Shown: piece after piece, positions 18,382 through 26,336 of the stretch
Layout: the number at the start of each line of letters is the position of its first letter
Numbering within the stretch: position 1 is the stretch's first letter
Source of the DNA: a plasmid
Sequence record: NZ_CP049149.1
Strand: one strand, 5' to 3'
Length of the DNA stretch: 64,000 nt
Notes under the pieces: generated by a model
The model's database searches: none
Told to the model about the DNA's origin: nothing
Seen by the model: only the letters and a program-made list of their open reading frames with translations
Program-made: the position numbers and the translations under genes

Positions 18382-19230
18382 ATCACGATTCGGGCTAAGC
18401 GTTTTACGGCCACGTTCACCCGCACAGTGGAAGACAAGCCGGGGCTGATCAAAAAAATAGCAAATGAATGTTTAAACAAAAAATAAGTATTTACTTACTT
18501 ATTTTAGATGTATAAGATTGGCTTGTTTTCGTTGAGACGCGACTGTTTGAACGTTTAAAGATAACTGCAAACGACAATCAGTACCTGGCAGTAGCTTAAG
18601 AGGCCAAACACCAGCGAGGTCAGTTTCCAGCCTCGTCACCAAAGTGGAACACACTGAGCGAGTGTGATTACAGAACGCAGGAGAGGGCATGATACGGCAC
18701 CACCCATGCCCTCTCCGATGAAGTAACAGGATGGGCGGTTGGTTTCCTCATTCCATTCACCATCCCGGTTTCAACTATCGACCGTCCATCCTGTTACGTC
18801 ATTTTCATTACTTATGTCGTTTTGGCTTGGGTTAAAAGCGGCGACGTAGCCCGGCTGGCATGGTTAGCCAGCGCACAACGTTGAGGCCACTGTGTTCTTT
18901 CAATCACATAGGCGAATCAACAGAGGCTTGATAACTGATACGACATGTCGGGTATTCTTTATCGGTTCAGTGGCCTCACCGTTGTGAAATTAGGTTCAGT
19001 ACTCTCTGGTGAAACCGTTGTTGTCTATGTAGAGCCTGGTTTCACAACACTAATGATTCCATACATCCAATAGGATCGAAGAATCTAGCGGCCATCAGCC
19101 GCCGTGAAGAATTCCAGATCTTCGCTCTATGTGAGCAAGCCACAAGCCTCGTCTGGCACTAACGTAAAGTGCAAGTAGCGGGAAAATTCTTGGTTGCCTG
19201 GTTGTCCACGAACAAGTACCGCCGCGAAAA

Positions 19231-19305
19231 TGATGGTGTAGCTCAGTGGTAGAGCGGTTGACTGTTAATCAACTGGTCGGTGGTTCGAATCCACCCACCA
19301 TCGCC
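19231..19305 (+). tRNA. tRNA-Asn (anticodon GTT), CCA encoded
   Basis: Cloverleaf folds manually. Acceptor GATGGTG/CACCATC, D-arm GCTC-AGTGGTA-GAGC, anticodon stem GTTGA/TCAAC with loop CTGTTAA, T-arm GGTGG-TTCGAAT-CCACC, discriminator G, then CCA. Confidence 0.85.
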
Positions 19306-19753
19306 ACAACGGTAAGAGCATTTGGACGACAGCGAGGAAGGCGCGCTCTTTAGCTGCTAGCGACGGATCTGATTCCCTGAATGCTCTTACCGTTGTGATG
19401 AATTGCAGCTCTTTGAAGCAACCAGAAGATAATCACCTGGCGTCACAACAAGCTAAATTTTGAGGCACACCGCTGAACGGTTTGGTTTTCCATTCAACTG
19501 AAAGACTCCGCTAACGTCTCCAGACCGTTAAACGCTGTGATAGACATTACGGCAGACGTTCTTAACCATAGTGCTTCTTAGCATCGTAGTAACACTTTTT
19601 TCAGCGCAAAAATCAAAGGGGCTTCGGCCCCTTTTTTGCTATATTGTCTCTCCGTAAAATATCAAGGAGATCGCAGATGTTTTGACCTGCTCCCCGTTGA
19701 TTAATACACCGTGATGTTAGTAATGTCTTCATAAGCCACATGAGGACATCCCC

Positions 19754-20017
19754 ATGAAGAAGCGTTTTTCCGACGAACAGATCATCTGTATTCTCCGCGA
19801 GGCCGAAGCCGGCGTTTCTGCCCGTGAGCTCTGCCGTAAGCACGCCATTTCCGACGCCACCTTTTACACATGGCGTAAGAAGTATGGCGGTATGGAGGTG
19901 CCTGAGGTTAAGCGCCTGAAGTCGCTTGAGGAAGAGAACGCCAGACTCAAGAAGCTGCTTGCTGAAGCCATGCTGGATAAGGAGGCGCTTCAGGTGGCTC
20001 TTGGGCGAAAGTACTGA
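19754..20017 (+). CDS. IS3-family transposase OrfA (HTH)
   Basis: [44 protein letters not shown]: typical IS3 OrfA with helix-turn-helix and leucine zipper. Confidence 0.85.
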   Translation: MKKRFSDEQIICILREAEAGVSARELCRKHAISDATFYTWRKKYGGMEVPEVKRLKSLEEENARLKKLLAEAMLDKEALQVALGRKY

Positions 20018-20040
20018 CGACAGACCAGAAGCGGGAAGCC

Positions 20041-20874
20041 GTGGAAGTCATGTGCGAGGCTAAGGGTCTGTCGCAACGTCGTGCCTGCAGGCTGGCAGGT
20101 CTGTCCCTGTCAACCTGCCGATATTCGGCTCAGCGTCCGGCTGCTGACGCGCAGCTGTCTCTACGCATCACAGAGCTGGCACTTGAACGCCGCCGTTTTG
20201 GTTACCGGCGTATCTGGCAGCTTCTGCGACGTGAAGGTCTTTGCGTTAACCACAAGCGGGTTTACCGCATCTATCAACTTAATGGCCTGAGTGTAAAACG
20301 CAGACGACGTCGTAAAGGGCTGGCAACAGAACGTCTGCCGCTGCTCCGCCCGATGGCGCCCAATCTGACCTGGTCAATGGATTTCGTCATGGACGCACTG
20401 GCCACAGGTCGCAGGATCAAGTGCCTGACCTGCGTGGATGATTTCACAAAGGAATGCCTGACGGTCACTGTTGCCTTCGGGATTTCAGGCGTGCAGGTCA
20501 CGCGTATTCTGGACAGCATTGCGCTGTTTCGCGGCTATCCGGCTACGATAAGAACCGATCAGGGCCCGGAGTTTACCTGCCGCGCACTCGATCAGTGGGC
20601 TTTTGAGCATGGTGTGGAGCTGCGACTTATCCAGCCCGGCAAGCCAACGCAGAACGGATTTATTGAGAGTTTTAACGGACGCTTTCGTGATGAATGCCTG
20701 AATGAGCACTGGTTCAGCGATATTGTTCACGCCAGGAAGATCATTAATGACTGGCGACTGGATTATAACGAGTGTCGACCACATTCATCACTGAATTACC
20801 TGACGCCGGCTGAATTTGCAGCGGGCTGGCGAAACGGGAAATATGAAGAAAAACCAACCGACATTACTAACTGA
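20041..20874 (+). CDS. IS3-family transposase OrfB (DDE integrase domain), -1 frame relative to orfA
   Basis: DDE catalytic region (..WSMDFV.., TDQGPEF, ..[12 protein letters not shown]). Its frame runs back into the orfA 3' end. Confidence 0.85.
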   Translation: MEVMCEAKGLSQRRACRLAGLSLSTCRYSAQRPAADAQLSLRITELALERRRFGYRRIWQLLRREGLCVNHKRVYRIYQLNGLSVKRRRRRKGLATERLPLLRPMAPNLTWSMDFVMDALATGRRIKCLTCVDDFTKECLTVTVAFGISGVQVTRILDSIALFRGYPATIRTDQGPEFTCRALDQWAFEHGVELRLIQPGKPTQNGFIESFNGRFRDECLNEHWFSDIVHARKIINDWRLDYNECRPHSSLNYLTPAEFAAGWRNGKYEEKPTDITN

Positions 20875-20903
20875 AGGTTGTATCTAACTCTGGGGGCAGG
20901 TCA

Positions 20904-21215
20904 GTGCCATTGCTGTTAATTGCAATATTTCTAATTACAATAATCCCTGGTTTTGTCGCAATGCTTTTCTCACCTTTAACAAAGCTGACGGCAAAGATTT
21001 TTGATATTAAAACTAGCAATTTACTTTGCCGCCTGTTTTCATTCTTATATTTCCTCTTGTACTGGTTTATAACACTAGCAGCATTTCATATTATAATTAG
21101 GTATGTATTAAATGTACATCCGATAGAAGATGGTATGAAACTTTGCTTTGCTATTGGATGCTTTATTGTTGCAGTAGTACAAACTAGAAGATTTTACTCT
21201 TTACTAATTAAGTAA
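20904..21215 (+). pseudogene. AT-rich small membrane-protein gene whose first two codons (19677-19682) are separated from its body by the IS
   Basis: RBS aaggagatcgcagATGTTT lies immediately 5' of the IS left end. The remainder of the ORF continues in frame from the first base after the IS right end (GTGCCATTG...). About 32% GC, three predicted TMs. Confidence 0.4.
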
Positions 21216-21279
21216 TTGAATATGCCCCGATAACATGAACTGTACAATACATTGGCCGTCCATGTATAGGGGCATTTTG

Positions 21280-21534
21280 TTAGAATGGTAGCTCTTCTTG
21301 CCCGCAGAACCAATCATCACCATTTTGTTCAAGCACACGTTGTTCAGCATGTAGATAGCTCACAGCGTCCAATACATCTTTGAATGGCGTTTCGCTAATC
21401 AGTACAAAACAATCCCTTTCAACCGTTCCCAGCCAGAACACCCCGCCTACAGAACCTTCAAATATCACACGATCCCTATCGTAGCAAGTATGCTTACGAA
21501 GCATTAAAGAGGACAATCGTGAAATCAAAACCAA
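21280..21534 (-). CDS. Hypothetical protein (AT-rich region)
   Basis: 84-aa ORF. Weak support. Confidence 0.3.
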   Translation of the reverse strand: MVLISRLSSLMLRKHTCYDRDRVIFEGSVGGVFWLGTVERDCFVLISETPFKDVLDAVSYLHAEQRVLEQNGDDWFCGQEELPF

Positions 21535-21629
21535 GAGGCAAGGTAGACAAGACTATTTCATGGTAGGTAATGACCTACTTATTTTTTTAATGTATAGTTC
21601 TTTCGGTTACTCACTTGAAAGGACTCAAT

Positions 21630-22403
21630 ATGGGAAACAAACGTAAACAGGCACGTCGCGCAGCTCGTCAGGCACTAAAGTCAAAATCACGTATCCACGG
21701 CTACGAAATTGACACAATCATCGTTGACGAGCTGGCCGACGCCCCTGCTCTGCCACAAAAACCTAAGCGCGACAACTCTCCCATCGAAGCGCGTAACGAG
21801 GCCCAGGCCCACTATCTTATCTCCCTCGATACTAAACCTCTGACGTTCGCCACTGATGAAGCCGGCTGCGGCAAAACTTACCTGGCTGCGGCCGTCGCAG
21901 CGCAGCGTCTGCTGGATAAGGAAGTCGGGAAGATCATCGTGACGCGTCCGGTATTGCAAGCAGAAGAAGATCTGGGTTTCCTTCCGGGTGACATGAGCGA
22001 GAAGTTCGCCCCGTTCTTTCGGCCCGTCTATGACGTACTACAGAAGCGTTTGGGTGGCTCATTCCTTGAATATTGCTTAAAGCCAGAAGTGGCCAAAGTA
22101 GAGATTGCCCCCTTCGCTTACATGCGTGGGCGCACGTTCGAGAACGCGGTAGTCATTCTGGATGAGGCGCAAAACGTTACAGCATCACAAATGAAAATGT
22201 TCCTGACTCGTATGGGCGAGAACGTAACCGTCATTGTTAACGGGGATGTGACGCAATGCGACCTACCAAGCAATGTTAAGTCTGGTCTGGAAGATGCACT
22301 GGAACGTTTTAAACCTTCGTCCCATGTTGGCTTTATTGAGTTTGCGACCGAAGACTGCGTGCGTTCTAAGCTATGCAAAGTCGCACTGGAAGCCTATCAG
22401 TAA
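21630..22403 (+). CDS. phoH: PhoH-like ATPase
   Basis: Walker A GCGKTYLA and the conserved PhoH core (IIVTRPVLQAEEDLGFLPGD..., VILDEAQN). Confidence 0.75.
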   Translation: MGNKRKQARRAARQALKSKSRIHGYEIDTIIVDELADAPALPQKPKRDNSPIEARNEAQAHYLISLDTKPLTFATDEAGCGKTYLAAAVAAQRLLDKEVGKIIVTRPVLQAEEDLGFLPGDMSEKFAPFFRPVYDVLQKRLGGSFLEYCLKPEVAKVEIAPFAYMRGRTFENAVVILDEAQNVTASQMKMFLTRMGENVTVIVNGDVTQCDLPSNVKSGLEDALERFKPSSHVGFIEFATEDCVRSKLCKVALEAYQ

Positions 22404-22414
22404 GAGACAGCCAA

Positions 22415-22572
22415 TGACCAAAGAGTACCTGCCACACCATAAACGTGTCATGGATGAACACGAAGAACTGTGTGGCCGCATCAAAAAACTGGAGGCGTAC
22501 ATTACCGCGACGAGTTTACTCGCCAGCTGTATGTCGACTGCATCATCCTCATTAAGCAGCTGGACACGATGA
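22415..22572 (+). pseudogene. Small ORF with an apparent frameshift near 22500
   Basis: The N-terminus (MTKEYLPHHKRVMDEHEELCGRIKKLEAY) reads well in one frame. Just after an AAAAAA run, the protein-like continuation (HYRDEFTRQLYVDCIILIKQLDTMKAYDLIPRARLARF) is in another frame. Confidence 0.25.
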
Positions 22573-22631
22573 AGGCTTATGACCTGATCCCTCGTGCCCG
22601 GCTCGCTCGTTTTTAACGTAAGGAAACCAAA

Positions 22632-22997
22632 ATGACCGATATGGATATCGAAAAAGAGATTGTGGCCAAAGGCAAAACGGCCGCGCGCGTTACCCCGGAA
22701 CGCATTGAAGCCGTTATCTCAGGCGAGTTTTACTTTACCGGCGCGGATGGATATCGCAGCTCCCCGTTATGGTTGAAGCAGGAAGAGCCTGAACCGGCCC
22801 CGCAATCACTCGAACTGCTGGCATTCTGCGTTCTCCTGCTGGAGAACGGCTTTACCGTAACCGGCGAGTCTGCGTGCGCAAGTCCGGAGAACTTTGATCT
22901 GGAGATCGGGCGTAAAATTGCACGCCAGAACGCGCTTGCCAAAATCTGGCCCCTGGAAGGCTATCTTCTCAAGCAGCAACTGCACGAGGTGAAGTGA
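22632..22997 (+). CDS. Hypothetical protein
   Basis: 121-aa ORF. RBS aggaaaccaaaATG. Confidence 0.4.
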   Translation: MTDMDIEKEIVAKGKTAARVTPERIEAVISGEFYFTGADGYRSSPLWLKQEEPEPAPQSLELLAFCVLLLENGFTVTGESACASPENFDLEIGRKIARQNALAKIWPLEGYLLKQQLHEVK

Positions 22998-23242
22998 TGA
23001 AGGTCGTTATCTACGGACGCGATAATTGCTCATTCTGCAAACGTGCGGTCGAGCTTGCGAAGCAGCTGCACGGTCACGGCTTTGGTGATTACGAATACAT
23101 TGACATCATGGCGGCCGGGATCGACAAAGAGAAGTTGACCGACCTGGTTGGCAAGCCGGTGGAAACCATCCCGCAGGTGTTCGTAAATGATGAGCCTATC
23201 GGGGGTTATACAGAATTTGCGACACTGGTGAGTACGCTATAA
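22997..23242 (+). CDS. Glutaredoxin / NrdH-like redoxin (T4 nrdC-like)
   Basis: CSFC active site in MKVVIYGRDNCSFCKRAVELAK. About 81 aa. Confidence 0.6.
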   Translation: MKVVIYGRDNCSFCKRAVELAKQLHGHGFGDYEYIDIMAAGIDKEKLTDLVGKPVETIPQVFVNDEPIGGYTEFATLVSTL

Positions 23243-23248
23243 AGAGAA

Positions 23249-23272
23249 AAGGCCGCATTAGCGGCCTTTTTC
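23249..23272. terminator. Bidirectional rho-independent terminator
   Basis: aaaaggccgcattagcggccttttt lying between convergent genes. Confidence 0.55.
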
Positions 23273-23284
23273 ATGAGAATCAGC

Positions 23285-23515
23285 TTAGATCTCGTTGAGT
23301 TCGCGAACAATGTGACCTTTCAGTTTTCTACGCAACATGGTCGCAGAAGAACGTTTTTTGGCCGACATTAAATTAGTTTTCAGAACCTCAACTTTGGTTT
23401 CCAGGTTCGCTGAATGAGCGATACGCTCGGAATTAATCAGAGTCTGAAACGCTTTCTTCTCACCGGCATTGGGGGTGAGAAGCGCGGAACGTTGCTGTTT
23501 ATTACAGTACTGCAT
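23285..23515 (-). CDS. Small basic hypothetical protein
   Basis: 76 aa. Overlaps the upstream gene by 14 nt. Confidence 0.35.
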   Translation of the reverse strand: MQYCNKQQRSALLTPNAGEKKAFQTLINSERIAHSANLETKVEVLKTNLMSAKKRSSATMLRRKLKGHIVRELNEI

Positions 23516-24068
23516 AGTTGGCCCTCCCCTCTATAACTGTTTTGTATGCACGTAAGTCTTCCGGCAATAATGAGCGTGGAGCTTTCTTATACATACCCGT
23601 GCGTTCATTATAGCGTGGTTCACTTTTTAACCCAAGTAAATAGTCATAGGTCTCTTCCAATGACACACGACGCCCGACATCGACGGCACCACCGGCAGCC
23701 GCCTGAAAAACAAACCCTCCCACGTCGAATTTTTCATAATGAGCGATGAGTGCCAGCGATACCTTTTGAAGAACTACCGCACTGCCGAGACCAGCAAAAG
23801 GAACATGATGAAAATCGCCTAAGTTGCCCATGCCGTCATATACGTCAAAGTAAACTTCGGCCATACCGTTTGGTGGAAACGGCACACCTTCTGGCAACTC
23901 GTATCCAATTTTCGTGAAAGTTCTCTCATCAACCAAGCTACCGATTATAACGATGTAAACTTCCTGACCGGCCGCGAAAATGTAGCCATGATGAATGCGA
24001 TGATCATATTCGAATTTTTTACGCCGTAAGCCGTAATCATCGAGGTATACAACTTCTTCGTCGCTCAC
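23502..24068 (-). CDS. Hypothetical protein
   Basis: 188-aa ORF. No recognisable motif. Confidence 0.4.
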   Translation of the reverse strand: MSDEEVVYLDDYGLRRKKFEYDHRIHHGYIFAAGQEVYIVIIGSLVDERTFTKIGYELPEGVPFPPNGMAEVYFDVYDGMGNLGDFHHVPFAGLGSAVVLQKVSLALIAHYEKFDVGGFVFQAAAGGAVDVGRRVSLEETYDYLLGLKSEPRYNERTGMYKKAPRSLLPEDLRAYKTVIEGRANYAVL

Positions 24069-24146
24069 TTACTGTCCTTAAAGGAGAATTAAATTATCTT
24101 GGAGATTATTGTCCTTCAGTTAAAAGAATCCGTCAAATCGCGCCTA

Positions 24147-24179
24147 AATGATTCCATACCTATTAAGTATGGAATCATT
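24147..24179. promoter_or_regulatory. lox/FRT-like recombination core site: perfect 13-bp inverted arms around a 7-bp spacer
   Basis: AATGATTCCATAC-ctattaa-GTATGGAATCATT, about 100 bp upstream of the tyrosine recombinase gene. Confidence 0.4.
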
Positions 24180-24230
24180 AGTAAAAACCCGCTATTTTGG
24201 TGTTGATCCTATAAAAATTTGTGCCTAATA

Positions 24231-24250
24231 TACTGTACAAACATACAGTT
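24231..24250. promoter_or_regulatory. LexA-box-like sequence (CTGT-N8-ACAG) upstream of the recombinase gene
   Basis: taCTGTacaaacatACAGtt, 28 nt upstream of the ATG at 24276. Confidence 0.3.
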
Positions 24251-24275
24251 AAAGGCGTCACTCAGAGAGTGAGCG

Positions 24276-25379
24276 ATGAAAAACACCTTTGATAAAGCAC
24301 GCGCAGCCGAAAACACCTCACGCGAGGCCATTGCTTATCTCGAACGGGCAGCAGGCCTGACGGCGGTATCGACCATTAACCTGGATGGGGACATGCGGTT
24401 CTCATCGGCATTCATGTTATTCACTCGCTTATCTTTATTGATAACGAGACGTCGACCGGAGATAGCCGTCCATTGTGTTTTGATACATGTTATGCCACAC
24501 ATTGCTGATGTTAAGGTAAGTGACATCAATAGGGTACTGGTCAACCAGCTGGTAAACCCGCTGATCCTGGAGGGCAAGATTGTCCAGGGCAGACGTGTGT
24601 TCTCGCTGATGAAGCAGTTTCTTGGCTGGTGTGCATTTCAGGGTGTAATTGAAACCTCTCCGCTTAATGACATCTCTCTGAACAAAGTCGCCGGTGGCGC
24701 TAAGCCTGTGCCGCGGGAACGGAAGCTGACAGATGCCGAAGTGTGGGTGTTCTGGAACGTCTGGGATTACTTCAACGTTTGCGAAGGGACGAAATGGGCT
24801 GCCAGACTCTGTCTTGTAGCTGCCAGACGCCCTGATGAAGTGCTCCGCGCGAAGAAGAGCGAGTTTAACCTTCAGCGTGATGTATGGAATCAAGGCACCC
24901 GCAACAAATCGGGCCGACAGCACAGTCTCCCGTTAAGCCCCTTAATGCGGCAATGTGTTGAGAAACTGTTTGAGTACGGAAAGGGGAGCCAATGGCTTGT
25001 CCCGTCGAACAAGAAGCGCGGCGAGGATGTGCCAATGTCTAAGGTGGCCATAGCGCAGTCATTGCGTAGGATTCTGGAGCGTCCTGAAATGATGGAGTTA
25101 GAGCCGTTCACCCCACGCGATTTGCGAAGAACCGCGCGCAGCTACTTTCCGGCTCTAGGGATCAGTCAGGAAGTCGCTCGTAAGATAATGAACCACAGCC
25201 TTGAGGGAATCGACCGTGTCTACGACCGCCACGACTATATTGAGGAGATGCGAGACGCCTTAGACAGTTTCTCGGCGCACATCGCATCCATCGTGGAACA
25301 GCCAGACCTGGACGAAATTGACCACAAATTTAAAGGTGATCGTCTTGCCACTGAGCTTATTCGCGTGAATTTCTCATAG
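24276..25379 (+). CDS. Tyrosine site-specific recombinase (Cre/XerD-like; probable dimer resolvase or integrase)
   Basis: C-terminal catalytic R..H-x-x-R..Y pattern (PRDLRRTARSYF, HSLEGIDRVYDRHDY). 367 aa. Confidence 0.7.
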   Translation: MKNTFDKARAAENTSREAIAYLERAAGLTAVSTINLDGDMRFSSAFMLFTRLSLLITRRRPEIAVHCVLIHVMPHIADVKVSDINRVLVNQLVNPLILEGKIVQGRRVFSLMKQFLGWCAFQGVIETSPLNDISLNKVAGGAKPVPRERKLTDAEVWVFWNVWDYFNVCEGTKWAARLCLVAARRPDEVLRAKKSEFNLQRDVWNQGTRNKSGRQHSLPLSPLMRQCVEKLFEYGKGSQWLVPSNKKRGEDVPMSKVAIAQSLRRILERPEMMELEPFTPRDLRRTARSYFPALGISQEVARKIMNHSLEGIDRVYDRHDYIEEMRDALDSFSAHIASIVEQPDLDEIDHKFKGDRLATELIRVNFS

Positions 25380-25760
25380 AGACTTGATGGCCTCAACAAC
25401 CTTCTCTGAAGCCCCTTGCTGGCCATCGAAACGCTTGCGGAAAGCCTCTAATACGAGTTTCTCATCTGCGGTTAGCGGAGCTGTGCCTTCTTCGCGGAAG
25501 AACTGGAGGAGTTCAGGCTGGCGTTCTTCCAGAACCATCAACATCAGTCGAACCGGGTCTGCGTCAAGCGCGTTCGCCAAAAGACGAACCTTGTCAATTG
25601 GCAATGGGATTTTGCCGCTTTTTATAAGTGAAAGGTTATTGGGGTTTTTGTATCCAATTTCTTTCGCGATCACTGCCTGACTTTTGGGGGAAATTGTAAT
25701 CAGTGAGTCAATGTATGCCGCGTAGCGGCTTACTTTCGCTTCGGTTTCGTTGGTAGCCAT
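25374..25760 (-). CDS. XRE-family HTH transcriptional regulator (candidate prophage repressor)
   Basis: HTH in SPKSQAVIAKEIGYKNPNNLSLIKSGK. 128 aa. A divergent AT-rich control region lies upstream at 25761-26017. Confidence 0.55.
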   Translation of the reverse strand: MATNETEAKVSRYAAYIDSLITISPKSQAVIAKEIGYKNPNNLSLIKSGKIPLPIDKVRLLANALDADPVRLMLMVLEERQPELLQFFREEGTAPLTADEKLVLEAFRKRFDGQQGASEKVVEAIKSL

Positions 25761-26017
25761 GTTTTTCGACCTTGCGTGTTTTGATTTTCTCTGGTAAGTG
25801 CTTATCGATATTACAGCAAAGGTTAGGGTTGTAAAGACTTATCTATCCTTTTTACAAGGCGCTTTCGTAAATTTAATCAGGCATTACAGTGCGTTGCGAT
25901 AATCTCTTCTTCCTAACCACAAAATATTTTAAGTTATTTCTGATACAGAACTGTTCCGTATTGATACACTAGGTAGTAATATTGTGAGCTTCAAACGTGA
26001 TAATTGGATAATGCCAA

Positions 26018-26230
26018 ATGAAAAAAATAGCTTCTAATTTGACCGCTCTTGATATTGGTGATGCCTATGTGATGGAAGAGGATGGTGCTGCAAAAATCTT
26101 AACTGAACTATCAACTAAGCAACTCGATTTTAGTCTCAAGGATGCCACCGCGTTCAGCTTTACACTCGACAGTATGCACTTCACTTTATTCAACACCGGC
26201 TCCGGCTCCTTCGCTGTCCGTACCATTTAA
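26018..26230 (+). CDS. Small hypothetical protein, divergent from the regulator
   Basis: 70-aa ORF after an AT-rich intergenic region. Possibly a Cro/Coi-like partner, but no HTH is evident. Confidence 0.3.
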   Translation: MKKIASNLTALDIGDAYVMEEDGAAKILTELSTKQLDFSLKDATAFSFTLDSMHFTLFNTGSGSFAVRTI

Positions 26231-26302
26231 GCCTCAATACCTCTTCTTGCCTGTACGAGCAGCTTAGCTCCCTGTTCGTACAGTGATAATTTATAAGCAT
26301 CA

Positions 26303-26318
26303 GAAAACAAATTGTTTT
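26303..26318. promoter_or_regulatory. Palindromic motif GAAAACAAATTGTTTT upstream of the cobT-like gene
   Basis: AAAACAAnTTGTTT family. Confidence 0.35.
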
Positions 26319-26336
26319 AACAAACAAGGGATACTC

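Larger units (their letters stand above)
19683..20903 (+). mobile_element. IS3-family insertion sequence (IS407-group-like), 1221 bp
   Basis: Imperfect terminal inverted repeats beginning TGACCTGC(T/C)CCCC at both ends. orfA and orfB are arranged for a -1 frameshift. DDE transposase. Confidence 0.85.
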
